Notes: a model not told the origin generated them from the letters alone. Shown: positions 9,576-19,556, counted from the stretch's first letter. The stretch: DNA of 64,000 bases from Candidatus Poribacteria bacterium (GCA_965205015.1 OZ242029.1:4384001-4448000); one strand, 5' to 3'. Made by a program: numbers and translations.

Positions 9576-9615
9576 GATACAATTTCTTGACAAATAGTGT
9601 ACAGAATGTTATATT
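9576..9615 (+). promoter_or_regulatory. sigma70 promoter of carH with three 11-bp-phased operator repeats
   Basis: GATACA(9576), TTGACA(9587, the -35), TGTACA(9598); 17 bp spacer then TATATT(9610) with TGn extension. Confidence 0.75.
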
Positions 9616-9798
9616 AAATCGTGAGATTTGGATGTGAAAGCGTGAGCAGATAAGATTCGGTTTATGATAACTCAGCGCATCCGTGTGGTAAGATTCAATT
9701 TAACTGGAATTATATCTCTCGATGTTACCTCGTAGGCACCGAAGCAATCGGATATTCCATTAATGTAAACGAAGATAAAAATAAACAAGGAAAGATTG

Positions 9799-10767
9799 AT
9801 GACGGACGAGCATAAATATGGTATTCAAACCGTTGCTATTCAGACGGGGTTAACACAATTAGTCATTCGGGCATGGGAGAGACGATATAATGTGGTTACA
9901 CCGCTGAGAACGGAAACGAATCGCCGTCTCTATTCCAATTCGGATATATCTCGGCTCACGTTGCTGCGGCTGGCGACTGAGGCGGGGCATGGTATTGGCC
10001 GCATAGCAAACCTGCCGACCGAAGAGATTCTTCAACTCATTGGATCGGAACGGGAGATTGTGCAGCCCTCCGCAAGCGCGACAGAAGCGGGCTCACAAGA
10101 AGCATCCCTTCGTTTTTACATTGCTTCGTGCATCGCAGCGGTTAAGGAGTTTAAGGCACACGCACTTGAGTCGACCCTCTTCGCTGCATCCGTTGCCTTT
10201 AGCCAACCTGTTTTCCTTGAACAGTTGATCTCACCTCTGATGCGAGAAATTGGGGAACAGTGGAGGGCAGGAATTTTGCGGATTGCACACGAACATCTCG
10301 CTACGGCGGTTGTCCGGACACTGTTGGGCAATATTTGCCAAGGCTTTGATACAGCTGCCGCAACGCCAAACTTAGTGATCGCGACACCGCGGGGGCAGCT
10401 CCACGAAATCGGCGCATTAATTGCTGGAACGACCGCAGCCTCGCAAGGGTGGCAAGTTACCTACCTCGGTCCCAACCTGCCAGCTGAAGAAATTATAGGG
10501 TGTGCGGTGCAAAACGGGGCAAAGGCGATTGGGTTGAGTATTATTTACCCCACAGATGACCCACATTTGGCAAATGAATTGCGAAAGCTTCGGCGCGGAA
10601 TCCAAGAGCATGTTGCACTGTTTGTTGGAGGGAGGGGAGCAAGTGCTTACAGTCCTGTCATCAGCTCCATCGGGGCGGTGAGAATCAATGATATGCCGAC
10701 TTTTCGTACCCAACTCGCAGCCTTGCGTGCGCAACAGAACGCGGCGGTAGCGTCGGAGGAATCGTAG
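9799..10767 (+). CDS. carH: MerR-family B12-binding photoreceptor/repressor (CarH/LitR type)
   Basis: MerR HTH (IRAWERRY), W-x9-EH (WRAGILRIAHEH), B12 motif LHEIGAL...YLGPNLP; divergent from crt operon. Confidence 0.85.
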   Translation: MTDEHKYGIQTVAIQTGLTQLVIRAWERRYNVVTPLRTETNRRLYSNSDISRLTLLRLATEAGHGIGRIANLPTEEILQLIGSEREIVQPSASATEAGSQEASLRFYIASCIAAVKEFKAHALESTLFAASVAFSQPVFLEQLISPLMREIGEQWRAGILRIAHEHLATAVVRTLLGNICQGFDTAAATPNLVIATPRGQLHEIGALIAGTTAASQGWQVTYLGPNLPAEEIIGCAVQNGAKAIGLSIIYPTDDPHLANELRKLRRGIQEHVALFVGGRGASAYSPVISSIGAVRINDMPTFRTQLAALRAQQNAAVASEES

Positions 10768-10922
10768 CGGAGAGACTATCTTGGTTCAAGTTGCCAGTTG
10801 TCGATGTCGGACAAGGTTTGTGTGGTAACAGGAACCACTGCGTTATGCTCGTATCTTTAACCAATAACTGATAACCGAGAGGATTTCACAGAGATCTGTA
10901 CCGAGAACCGTTCTTCCAATAA

Positions 10923-12854
10923 TTATTTCCTTCGGATCGCTCGTCGTAAGGTTCTCATCTGTTCAAGTGTTGCAGGTGAGACCTTTCCATCCTGAGTAAT
11001 CCCCATATTCATCGTAATTACCAACTTCTGGGCAATACAGGTCTGCACATAATCAATAAGCCGCTGAGTGGCAAATAGGGGGGCGGCAATATCGGTGTCT
11101 GGGTATCCATGTTGCCAAGGGTCGTCAAGAAAGATCATACCGTGCGGTTGTAGTCCACTGGCACTGCCATTTTCGGAAAAGAAACTTGCAGGTGGCGTTA
11201 CAAGAGCACCGCCAAACTCGCCACCGTAGTACTCTTGAAATTCAGTCGTTTTAGGGAGAATCCAACTGTTCCAAGCGACAATACGGTCAGGGTTCCCAAC
11301 TTTGGTCGCCTCGTACAGTTCTGCAAACGGTTGAAGTGGATATCGATCGTCGAACCAGTATCCCGCAACCTTTTTGCCGTATCGGTGTCCGATCTCGGTA
11401 AGAATATCGCGTTCAATTCTAAAAAATCTCGACTTATCTGGACTTAAAAACCCTGCCGCTTTCATCCACTCTATATCCCCAACGCCATGATGGAAATAGA
11501 GAATAAGGGGTATATCATATTCTTGCAGTTTGTCAGCCATCTCTCCGATTAGGTCGCGTCTACAGGTGCGTTCCGGCATAACCGCTTCGATCGATTTTAG
11601 CGGAGCTGGGAAGTGCATAATTCCGTGGACAGAAGTGAAAATGACGTAACCCGCACCAGTTTCACGCACCATATCGGCGAAAGCATCGATGTCAAAAGCG
11701 TTCACAGCGTCTGGGTAAGATTTTTGTGGACCACGTAGTGGCTGTGTCGTTGTTGTCCAGTGGAACATCATGCCGTATTTTGCCTTGACGAACCAATCGG
11801 TACTCGCTCGCATCCTTCGAGCCTTCTTCCTTGAGTCAATCATTACCTTTGCCGCGGTGGATGAAATCAGCTCAAGCGAATGAACTTTTATATTCTCAGC
11901 GGAGTTTGCCTCTCCGATGAGACGCAGCTTAATTGTACTTTCACCTTGGGGAATGCGTAATGTCTCCTGAAGCGGTATCCTTTCAAAATTCTGCGAATCT
12001 CCTGCCCATCCGGTTGTTTGGCGGACTGCCCAAGTAATTTGGCTTTGTCCTGCAACAATCTCGAATACCAAGCCTATTGCGTTGACATCGGCAGTATAGG
12101 TTAGCGCAAGTTCATAATCAGAAGGCACCGGGAGTTTCACCTTCCATGAAAGTGAAGCGGATGGTTTGTTCCAACCTTCAATCCAGTCTTGTGCCTGCAA
12201 GTGCGCGAGACCGCCATCTGTCTTGGCGCTATCCCCGAAAAGATAGATAATCGACGAAGGATCTGCTTCAACCAATCGTGGTTTCTTAAGCGTAGCGGGA
12301 TCCGCTTCAATATCAAGAACGACGATGTCATCAACACCGTTTTGGTATTCCTCCGGGACCACGATCAAAAGTCCCCATGGATGCTGTCTCACAATACCCC
12401 ACGAAGCACCATCTGCTGTAGGATGTTCCAGAATCCAGGCGTTCTTCACCACCCGATCAGTGATGGCTGGAAGGGCGATATTGTTCTTTCCATCCCAAGA
12501 AAGCACATGAACATAGATTCTGCCATCCTTGTAGGTTGTGACGTATTGGTCGGTAGGTTCAAATGGACCGCCGCGAGTATCAATGATCGATTCTCCGTTC
12601 TCATCAATCCACTTTTCAATTGCTTCCTCTGCTCCAGAAAATTGGGATTTTTCCTGACTATCCGATAATGGATTGGCATTGATCTCTGAATCGCTGCCCG
12701 CTGCACGCACCAGGTCTACAATCAACGCCTTGGCGGTTCCTTGATTAGGCATAATTTCCTCCTGTGCGTGGACAATAGAGACTACGTAGAGGAGCGCAAG
12801 TAAAATTGTAAAAAACGGACTTAGCATGAAACTTGTCGGGTTTCTCCAAATCAC
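10923..12854 (-). CDS. secreted alpha-L-fucosidase-like (GH29-like) protein with N-terminal accessory domains
   Basis: DWFVKAKYGMMFHW, GAGYVIFTSVHG, RDLIGEMAD, GYWFDD in the C-terminal half; signal peptide. Confidence 0.7.
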   Translation of the reverse strand: MIWRNPTSFMLSPFFTILLALLYVVSIVHAQEEIMPNQGTAKALIVDLVRAAGSDSEINANPLSDSQEKSQFSGAEEAIEKWIDENGESIIDTRGGPFEPTDQYVTTYKDGRIYVHVLSWDGKNNIALPAITDRVVKNAWILEHPTADGASWGIVRQHPWGLLIVVPEEYQNGVDDIVVLDIEADPATLKKPRLVEADPSSIIYLFGDSAKTDGGLAHLQAQDWIEGWNKPSASLSWKVKLPVPSDYELALTYTADVNAIGLVFEIVAGQSQITWAVRQTTGWAGDSQNFERIPLQETLRIPQGESTIKLRLIGEANSAENIKVHSLELISSTAAKVMIDSRKKARRMRASTDWFVKAKYGMMFHWTTTTQPLRGPQKSYPDAVNAFDIDAFADMVRETGAGYVIFTSVHGIMHFPAPLKSIEAVMPERTCRRDLIGEMADKLQEYDIPLILYFHHGVGDIEWMKAAGFLSPDKSRFFRIERDILTEIGHRYGKKVAGYWFDDRYPLQPFAELYEATKVGNPDRIVAWNSWILPKTTEFQEYYGGEFGGALVTPPASFFSENGSASGLQPHGMIFLDDPWQHGYPDTDIAAPLFATQRLIDYVQTCIAQKLVITMNMGITQDGKVSPATLEQMRTLRRAIRRK

Positions 12855-12860
12855 TATTTT

Positions 12861-14840
12861 TTAAAACCTCCCAAAAACGCGCACAAAAATTTCCATATAA
12901 TTCTGGTCATTAACATCCCCGATTGCGCGCTGATCTATGTAACGCGCGCCAATATGCAGAAACATACGCTTCTCGTAAGCGACAAAACTCTTTTCCATTT
13001 CAGCCAACAATGCTTGGCGGACAAAGTCATTGTCGTTCTTCAGCATATCATTGAACAGGAGGATTTGACCGCCACCGGTGAGTTTGATGGTTTTCGTGAA
13101 CTGATAAACGACCTTAAGGATAAGTGCCGAAGCCATGTCCCGGACGTTCGCACGTTCAATTTCGCGCAATCGGAATCGACGGGAGACATCCCTACCGTCG
13201 ATTTCCCCAACTAAGGACAGATATTCAAGCCGATCCTCCGCCATTCGGAAGCCGTTGCGAACGGTGGTTTTGAACATCGGACTGATTTCCAGCGACTTGG
13301 AAGGACGCAAACGGTACAGGGATTTGAAGATACCGACCTCGTAATGTTGGTTGTCCTTTTCAAAATCGTAGTCGTATTGAATCTTCGCGCGGGCCGTCGT
13401 GACCATCCGTTCGATGCCCAGGTATTCATACGTGATTTTGGCAGTGTTAATCAAGTCATTCTGCATCAGTAATGGATCTCGGCGCCGTTTTTCGACTTCG
13501 GCACCCCCATCGGTATAGAAGAACTCAACATTACCATTTCTCTCCATTTTACGGACTTCCGGCTGCGCCCGATACAACCCTTCCTCCGTTCCGCTCAGAA
13601 ATCCGGCATAATACCATGTTTCGTCAGGGATCCGGTCTTTTACCAGTTTCAGTTCATTTTCAAAAACGAGTGAAGAAGCCCGAGCAAGTTCTTTGCGATA
13701 AACGAGATTGCCAAACGCTTTCGTTGAGGATGGCGTATTTCTGAGTCTCAGGTTTTCTTCGATCTGTAACCCAAGGTCCAGGTTGACGACGCTTGCCTGC
13801 TGACTTATTTTACGGTTCATGAAAAGCCGGACGCCTTGGAGTCCAACATCGAACTCGTAATTCGGATCCTTATCGTTCTCTTCCTCATCTCGGATGCCGT
13901 TATTGTTCCGATCGCTTTCGTCAAGGAAATCCTCATCGACATCGAAAAGCAAAATGTCATCTTCATAGTCGAAGATGCCGTTGTTATTTTTATCGAGGTC
14001 TCCGGGAATAATTAGGGAAGGAGGATCGAGCGGTGTGTTATCGGAGTAGCGGTCCTGGTCATCGTTATCGCCGACGGAACGGGAGGCATCGAATCTCGGA
14101 CCGACGCGATACGCTTCCGCCTGAAAAATCGTATCCCCAACGGTTTGGAATGCTTTGAGAACTGTTGTCGTCGCATCGAAACGTGAACGTAAGTTTTTCT
14201 GCAGCGCACTCTTCGGTGTAACAGCCAACTCTGCTTTTACACCGTAGTTGGTGAAATTGGTTTCCAGGTCTACTGCCCATACGGGTGTCTCACGGAAGTA
14301 CCAAGAGAGCCCTAATTGGGATCTACCGAACTTTGTGACTTCACGTAAGCCGATACCAGATTTTTGTCCTCTTCCCTCACGTCCGTTCAGGCGGTTGAGC
14401 AAACCGGGCACCATTAGGATTGTCCAATCGGTGCGATTGGAACGGACCTCCCAACGGACACCGCTTAAGTCGATCTGGTCGAAGGTGAATTTTGTGAAGG
14501 TTGTCGGAACCTCTCCGAGACTCAAGATGTTTTTGACGCTACCAGCGGTCTCCTCAATCACCATGACACTATGGAAGCCGCGCCGAAAGAGTCGATCAAA
14601 ATCAAAACTGTCTTGCCTAACACGTTCCTCCTCCGTATCCGCGAGGAAGTTTCGCCTGTTTGTGAAATCGTATTCGACACGTCCGGATAGGAACAGCTTA
14701 CCGAATAGACTGTACGCATCCTCAGCCTCAGCGCGAAATGCGAGAGAGCAGCAGAGCAAGACCTTCAACAGCAAAAGCAGACTTTTAACAGGAAGACGGG
14801 CACGGATCCAGGACTTTCGGTTGTCTATATTTATTTCCAT
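12861..14840 (-). CDS. putative outer-membrane beta-barrel protein with acidic Ca-binding-like loop
   Basis: Signal peptide, amphipathic strands, DKNNNGIFD/DRNNNGIRD motifs, terminal ...FVRVFGRF; paralog of 41399..44752. Confidence 0.55.
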   Translation of the reverse strand: MEINIDNRKSWIRARLPVKSLLLLLKVLLCCSLAFRAEAEDAYSLFGKLFLSGRVEYDFTNRRNFLADTEEERVRQDSFDFDRLFRRGFHSVMVIEETAGSVKNILSLGEVPTTFTKFTFDQIDLSGVRWEVRSNRTDWTILMVPGLLNRLNGREGRGQKSGIGLREVTKFGRSQLGLSWYFRETPVWAVDLETNFTNYGVKAELAVTPKSALQKNLRSRFDATTTVLKAFQTVGDTIFQAEAYRVGPRFDASRSVGDNDDQDRYSDNTPLDPPSLIIPGDLDKNNNGIFDYEDDILLFDVDEDFLDESDRNNNGIRDEEENDKDPNYEFDVGLQGVRLFMNRKISQQASVVNLDLGLQIEENLRLRNTPSSTKAFGNLVYRKELARASSLVFENELKLVKDRIPDETWYYAGFLSGTEEGLYRAQPEVRKMERNGNVEFFYTDGGAEVEKRRRDPLLMQNDLINTAKITYEYLGIERMVTTARAKIQYDYDFEKDNQHYEVGIFKSLYRLRPSKSLEISPMFKTTVRNGFRMAEDRLEYLSLVGEIDGRDVSRRFRLREIERANVRDMASALILKVVYQFTKTIKLTGGGQILLFNDMLKNDNDFVRQALLAEMEKSFVAYEKRMFLHIGARYIDQRAIGDVNDQNYMEIFVRVFGRF

Positions 14841-14875
14841 ATTTTATCGGTTATCGATCAACTGACAACCATTCC

Positions 14876-17800
14876 TCACCTCAAAATATCCTCGGGTCCG
14901 TAAGACTCTGTGAAGGTTGTCCAGATTTCTGTGCGTTTATCGAAACGGCTCAATCCACGATAGGTCCCAAACCAGACATAGGGACTATCTACAGCCATGG
15001 AAAGGATACCGTTATGCGCCAAACCATCCTCTCGCGTGTAAGTCGTCCAGCTATTCGTGAACTGGTCAAATCGACTGACCCCTGCATTGTAGGTGCCAAT
15101 CCAAACTTCAGCGCCATCAACACCGATAGAGGTAACTTTGTTGCTGGCAAGTCCATCTTCTGTCGTATAGTCAGCCCAAACCTCTGTCTTTTCGTTATAG
15201 AGTGTCACACCGCGATCGCTGCCAAACCAGACGTTGTCGCCATCAATCACGATACAACTCACTTCATCACTCGCGAGTCCATCTTCTACTGTAATTGTCT
15301 TCCAGATATCCCGACCGATATCATATTGACTGACCCCTCTGCGTGTCCCGACCCAGACGTGTTTCTTGCTCGCCGTGATACACCAAATTTGATCGGTAAC
15401 CAACGATTCTGCGAACTCCTTGGATACAGCGGACGGTTGTATCTCGGTTCCCGACGTGTAAGTAATCCAAGCATTGCGATCATCCGCTGTGCGGGGATAC
15501 TTTCCGATCCCAGAGTTCGTCCCAACCCAGATGCTATCGACATCGCTGCTGACAGAAGTTACATTATTGGCAGGCAATCCATGCTCAGTTTTGTACTGAT
15601 CCCACCGCAGGGCTATCTTATCAAAGCGATTCGCCCCGTCGCGTGTCCCGACCCAGACGTATTGGTCATCGACCATAATAGAACTCACAACGTCATCGGA
15701 GAGGCAGTCTTTCTTTTTTCTTCTATGCCGATGCCAATGGCCCCCGTGGGTTTCTATGTTTTCGGAGCCGCCCTCCTGTTGATAATTCTTCCAGATACCT
15801 AAAACCTTATCGTAGCGGGACATCCCTTCGTCAGTACCGACCCAGACGAAACGTTCATCTGCGTCTACCGTCCGAATGGTGCGTCCAACGAGGGTGGGAA
15901 GTGCGGTCAAAGGGGTCCAAGATTCCTTCCGCTTGTCGTAACGGGAAAGCCCGCGCAAGGTGCCTACCCATACATAGTCCTCGTCCACTGCAAGCCCATA
16001 CTCGCCGACATGGTTATGGAGCAATCCTTTGATATCTCTAAACCTTGCCCAAGTACCGGAGGCAAAATGAAATCGTCGAAGCCCATCGTTGGGGGCAGCT
16101 AACCACAGATAATCGTCATCGGCTGCCAGTTCGAGCGTTCCGCGTCCCGATCTGATTGTCGTCCACTCCTTTGTACGCCGATCGTATCGGGTGACACCGG
16201 CGTCATCCCAGGGTCTATAGAGTATCCAGATATCGTTCTCTGTTGAGATAATGCGTCTAATGGTATTCGCAGCGAGGACATCGTTCGTTGAAAACGTCGT
16301 CCACTTTTTTGTCTTCTTATCGTATCGGGACAACGGACGGTTGCTGCCTCGGTCCCATTCCGAACGCGCAACCCAGATAAAATCGTTATCCACAGTAATC
16401 CATTCACCGCCTCTACCTGCCAGACCATCCCTTGGTCCGAAATCCTTCCATTCACCCGTAATTTCATTGTAACGCGTGAGTCCACGCCCAGATGAAAACC
16501 AGACATTCGGTCCATCAACTCCAAGTGCCTTTACACGCTCAATCTCGCGGTGATCTTTCTGTTCAACGATTTCCCATGTTCCCGTCGCTTTACTATAATG
16601 GTTTAATTCCAAACCTATCATCGGAATGACCCAGACGCTCTGCTCACTGATATCAATTCTATTCACATCGTTTGTAGAGAGTCCATCTTCCGTCGTAAAA
16701 TGCTGCCACGTATCCGCTATTTTATCGTAACGGAGAACACCGTAGTCCGTAGTGAACCAAACGGCATCAGTATCGACATAGGTCCAACGGATAAAGGTCA
16801 TAGATCTTTTCTGAGTGGACTGCAGAATATCTAAACGTGTGAAACGCCGCCATGTTGCTGTTGGACGATGAAACCGTACAATACTACCGTTCGGCGAAGA
16901 TCTCCAGTTAGTGAACCAAATGTAGTCGCCATCAAATTGGATGTGTGAGATTTTGGTTTCAAGAAATGGCTCCCGCACTGGACGAGATTGATGTAGGGCC
17001 TCTCTTCCACTTTGTGTGTCATATTCAACCAGTCCTGTATCTGTCGCCAACCAAAGTGTACCATCTGCGTCACACAGGATGTCGCGAATGTTATACGGCA
17101 CATTTGAGAGCGAATTCCAAGAATCGGAAGCGATCGTGTAACTTCCCAGACCTCGTGGTGTGCCGATCCAGAGTACACCATCTTGAAAGGCGAGTGCAGT
17201 AACATTAGGCGACGGCAATTGGTCATTAAAGGATAGCGGGATCCAACGCTGACGGGTCTTGTCATATTTTGCGACACCTCGGTGTGTGCCTGCCCAAAGT
17301 GTCTGTTCTGTGGCAAGCAGCACATTAACGTACGGATTCGGAAGCCCATCGGCAACACGGTGCATCTGCTTATCGGCGATTGCGTATTGCCAAACACCTT
17401 CCGCACCACCAAACCAGACTTTCTCATCGTGAGCAAGCACTGATAATATGAGCGGATTTTTCGGCGTGTCTGGGAATGTCAGTTGTGTCCATTCCTGAGA
17501 TGTTGTATCGTACACCGCGGGACCGAAACTTGTACCAACCCAGACCCGGTGATCCTGCGAGACAGTCCCCGTATCCACAGATGTCACAAAAGCTTCGCCT
17601 TGCGTCTGTGTTCGAGATGGGACATGGAATGTCCACTCTTCATCTAAATATGCTCGCGTGCCAAGCCCTCGATCGCTTCCAATCCAAATGGCTTTCGGCT
17701 GTCGGCTCTCGGCTGTCGGTAAAGCGGTTCCTGATACCCCTACCCCTTCTTGCTGATCGCTGACCGCTGACTGCTGACTGCTATTCGGCTGATGGCTAAT

Positions 17801-19138
17801 ATGGATTGACGTGACATAGGGAGTCGGCAGACCATCTTCCTTGGAAATGATTTCCCAGTTGCGCGTTTTAGGGGAGTAAATCGAAATTCCTGCGACCGTT
17901 GCCGTCCAAATGTTTCCATCGGGATCACGCGTTACATAACGGACATCGTTATCCGCGAGAAAATCGGCTTGTTTGTAAATTGTCCACTCGCCACTTATTT
18001 TATCAAATCGGCTCACACCATCCTCTTTGCTCGCAAACCAGACATCATTGCCTTGTGTCGTAATCCAACTCACATGATTACTCGCCAATCCATCTGCTTT
18101 GGTGTAATGCACCCACGTATTGACAGGCTTAATGAATCGATGTACACCCGCATTGGCAGTTCCAAACCAGACTTGGAATCCATCTGCGCGGACACAGGTA
18201 ATCATATTGCTTTTCAGTAAATCTGTTTTCGTGTATGTTTTGATGAACGTCTGGTCAACTTGGTTGTACTGACTGACACCCTCTTTCTGAGTACCAAACC
18301 AAACGCTGTCATCGTCCACCGCAATCGTAGCGATCTCACTATCTATTAAGCCATCGGATTTCGTATAGTTATTCCAAGAATCGGTATCTCGATGGTAGCG
18401 ACTTACCCCGCCCCTACTGAACCTCGGATCCTCGTCCCATCCATGCGGATCTGGATTTATTTCTCTGTCGGTGCCGACCCAGACGTACTCTGGCTCGACT
18501 GCGATGGTTGTAATGACTTTGCTAACCAAACCATCTTTCCGAGTGCGCACCGCCCAACTGTCAATCGTTTTGTCATAACGATTCAATCCTTCGGATGTCC
18601 CAAACCAGACGTAGTTCCCATCCACCGCAATCGAGGAGACTTGGTCACTGGCTAATCCGTCAATGGTTCGGAAGGTCGTAAAGGTGTCTGTTTGCATATC
18701 GTAGCGACTTACGCCTTCATCTGTGGCGAACCAGACCCATTGTCCATCCACCGCAACGGCATTTACCATATCGTTCGATAACCCGTCTTCCATTGTATAG
18801 TGGGACCACTTATCCTGCTGGCGGTCCCAGCGAGAGACCCCCCGCGCCGTCGCAATCCATATATTATCTAAGTCTGCAGCAATACAATTAACTTCGTTGC
18901 TAACGAGTGTCCGCTCCACGGGCCATGTCTTTTCAGACACCGTATCTGTTTTGGAACCATCATAGGGAAGTCCAGATTGCGGATCGGTGGTTACCAATGG
19001 ACCGCACCCAACACTCATAAAGAAGGAGACCAATAATAAGACACATGCCATTGAAGCTGCGCACACAGGTCGGCATTTGCGTTCAGTAATCCACTGTTGG
19101 GAATCGGAGTTCCCTCCTACATCTGTTTGTTTCATCAT
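14876..19138 (-). CDS. large multi-beta-propeller lipoprotein (Reg_prop-like repeats, no kinase domain)
   Basis: Dozens of repeats T.EDGL.SN.V..IAVDG..VWFGT..G.SRYD; lipobox-like FFMSVGC; ATG 19138 follows a GGGAGA RBS. Confidence 0.8.
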   Translation of the reverse strand: MMKQTDVGGNSDSQQWITERKCRPVCAASMACVLLLVSFFMSVGCGPLVTTDPQSGLPYDGSKTDTVSEKTWPVERTLVSNEVNCIAADLDNIWIATARGVSRWDRQQDKWSHYTMEDGLSNDMVNAVAVDGQWVWFATDEGVSRYDMQTDTFTTFRTIDGLASDQVSSIAVDGNYVWFGTSEGLNRYDKTIDSWAVRTRKDGLVSKVITTIAVEPEYVWVGTDREINPDPHGWDEDPRFSRGGVSRYHRDTDSWNNYTKSDGLIDSEIATIAVDDDSVWFGTQKEGVSQYNQVDQTFIKTYTKTDLLKSNMITCVRADGFQVWFGTANAGVHRFIKPVNTWVHYTKADGLASNHVSWITTQGNDVWFASKEDGVSRFDKISGEWTIYKQADFLADNDVRYVTRDPDGNIWTATVAGISIYSPKTRNWEIISKEDGLPTPYVTSIHISHQPNSSQQSAVSDQQEGVGVSGTALPTAESRQPKAIWIGSDRGLGTRAYLDEEWTFHVPSRTQTQGEAFVTSVDTGTVSQDHRVWVGTSFGPAVYDTTSQEWTQLTFPDTPKNPLILSVLAHDEKVWFGGAEGVWQYAIADKQMHRVADGLPNPYVNVLLATEQTLWAGTHRGVAKYDKTRQRWIPLSFNDQLPSPNVTALAFQDGVLWIGTPRGLGSYTIASDSWNSLSNVPYNIRDILCDADGTLWLATDTGLVEYDTQSGREALHQSRPVREPFLETKISHIQFDGDYIWFTNWRSSPNGSIVRFHRPTATWRRFTRLDILQSTQKRSMTFIRWTYVDTDAVWFTTDYGVLRYDKIADTWQHFTTEDGLSTNDVNRIDISEQSVWVIPMIGLELNHYSKATGTWEIVEQKDHREIERVKALGVDGPNVWFSSGRGLTRYNEITGEWKDFGPRDGLAGRGGEWITVDNDFIWVARSEWDRGSNRPLSRYDKKTKKWTTFSTNDVLAANTIRRIISTENDIWILYRPWDDAGVTRYDRRTKEWTTIRSGRGTLELAADDDYLWLAAPNDGLRRFHFASGTWARFRDIKGLLHNHVGEYGLAVDEDYVWVGTLRGLSRYDKRKESWTPLTALPTLVGRTIRTVDADERFVWVGTDEGMSRYDKVLGIWKNYQQEGGSENIETHGGHWHRHRRKKKDCLSDDVVSSIMVDDQYVWVGTRDGANRFDKIALRWDQYKTEHGLPANNVTSVSSDVDSIWVGTNSGIGKYPRTADDRNAWITYTSGTEIQPSAVSKEFAESLVTDQIWCITASKKHVWVGTRRGVSQYDIGRDIWKTITVEDGLASDEVSCIVIDGDNVWFGSDRGVTLYNEKTEVWADYTTEDGLASNKVTSIGVDGAEVWIGTYNAGVSRFDQFTNSWTTYTREDGLAHNGILSMAVDSPYVWFGTYRGLSRFDKRTEIWTTFTESYGPEDILR
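17689..17799. repeat. heptamer-armed palindromic repeat inserted in frame
   Basis: Arms (GGCTGTC)n and (GCTGACY)n around a GGTATCAGGAACCGCT core (minus strand); relatives at 10792-10880, 19374-19450, 1441-1470, 20660-20688, 44755-44797. Confidence 0.7.
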
Positions 19139-19200
19139 TTCCACCGTCTCCCTTTCACCCAAGTGTGAGTCTCACAATTTCAAGATTGTTTTCGCCAGTT

Positions 19201-19216
19201 TGCATTTATTATGCCA
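19201..19216 (-). promoter_or_regulatory. sigma54 (-24/-12) promoter
   Basis: Minus strand TGGCAT-AATAA-ATGCA (GG-N10-GC), about 60 nt upstream of the propeller gene. Confidence 0.55.
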
Positions 19217-19467
19217 TTAAAATACTACATAAGCAAGAAAAGCGTAATTGCAGGCGGGTTCATTTAGCTGGTAACATGCGATTCAACGATTACCGATTCT
19301 CTCACAAAAAATCATCACGAGTACCTATAACTGTGTGACGTATATCATCGGAGCATCCCTTAAAAAAGTTTTAATGGTTTTCAGTAACAAGAGGTTTCTG
19401 ATGAACTGAATATCTCGTGTTACTGACGACCAGCAACTGAAACTGACACCTATTCTTCAAAAAGTCT

Positions 19468-19496
19468 TTGACAAAAATCCTTTGATGTTTTACAGT
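19468..19496 (+). promoter_or_regulatory. sigma70 promoter of amidohydrolase
   Basis: TTGACA-17 bp-TACAGT. Confidence 0.55.
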
Positions 19497-19556
19497 GTAA
19501 ATAAGAAATCAAGGGATCAATCCACTGACTTGATTATAGAGATGGAGATATTCATA

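Noticed and set aside
9620-9795. Cobalamin riboswitch in the carH leader
   Set aside because: No B12-box or other conserved cobalamin riboswitch motifs recognisable.
15014-15802. 262-aa antisense ORF and similar long shadow ORFs (14248, 22991, 46671)
   Set aside because: Antisense to well-supported genes, with no motifs; expected from codon bias in repeats.
14876-19162. Hybrid two-component sensor kinase
   Set aside because: No TM helix, HisKA/HATPase or receiver domain after the propellers.
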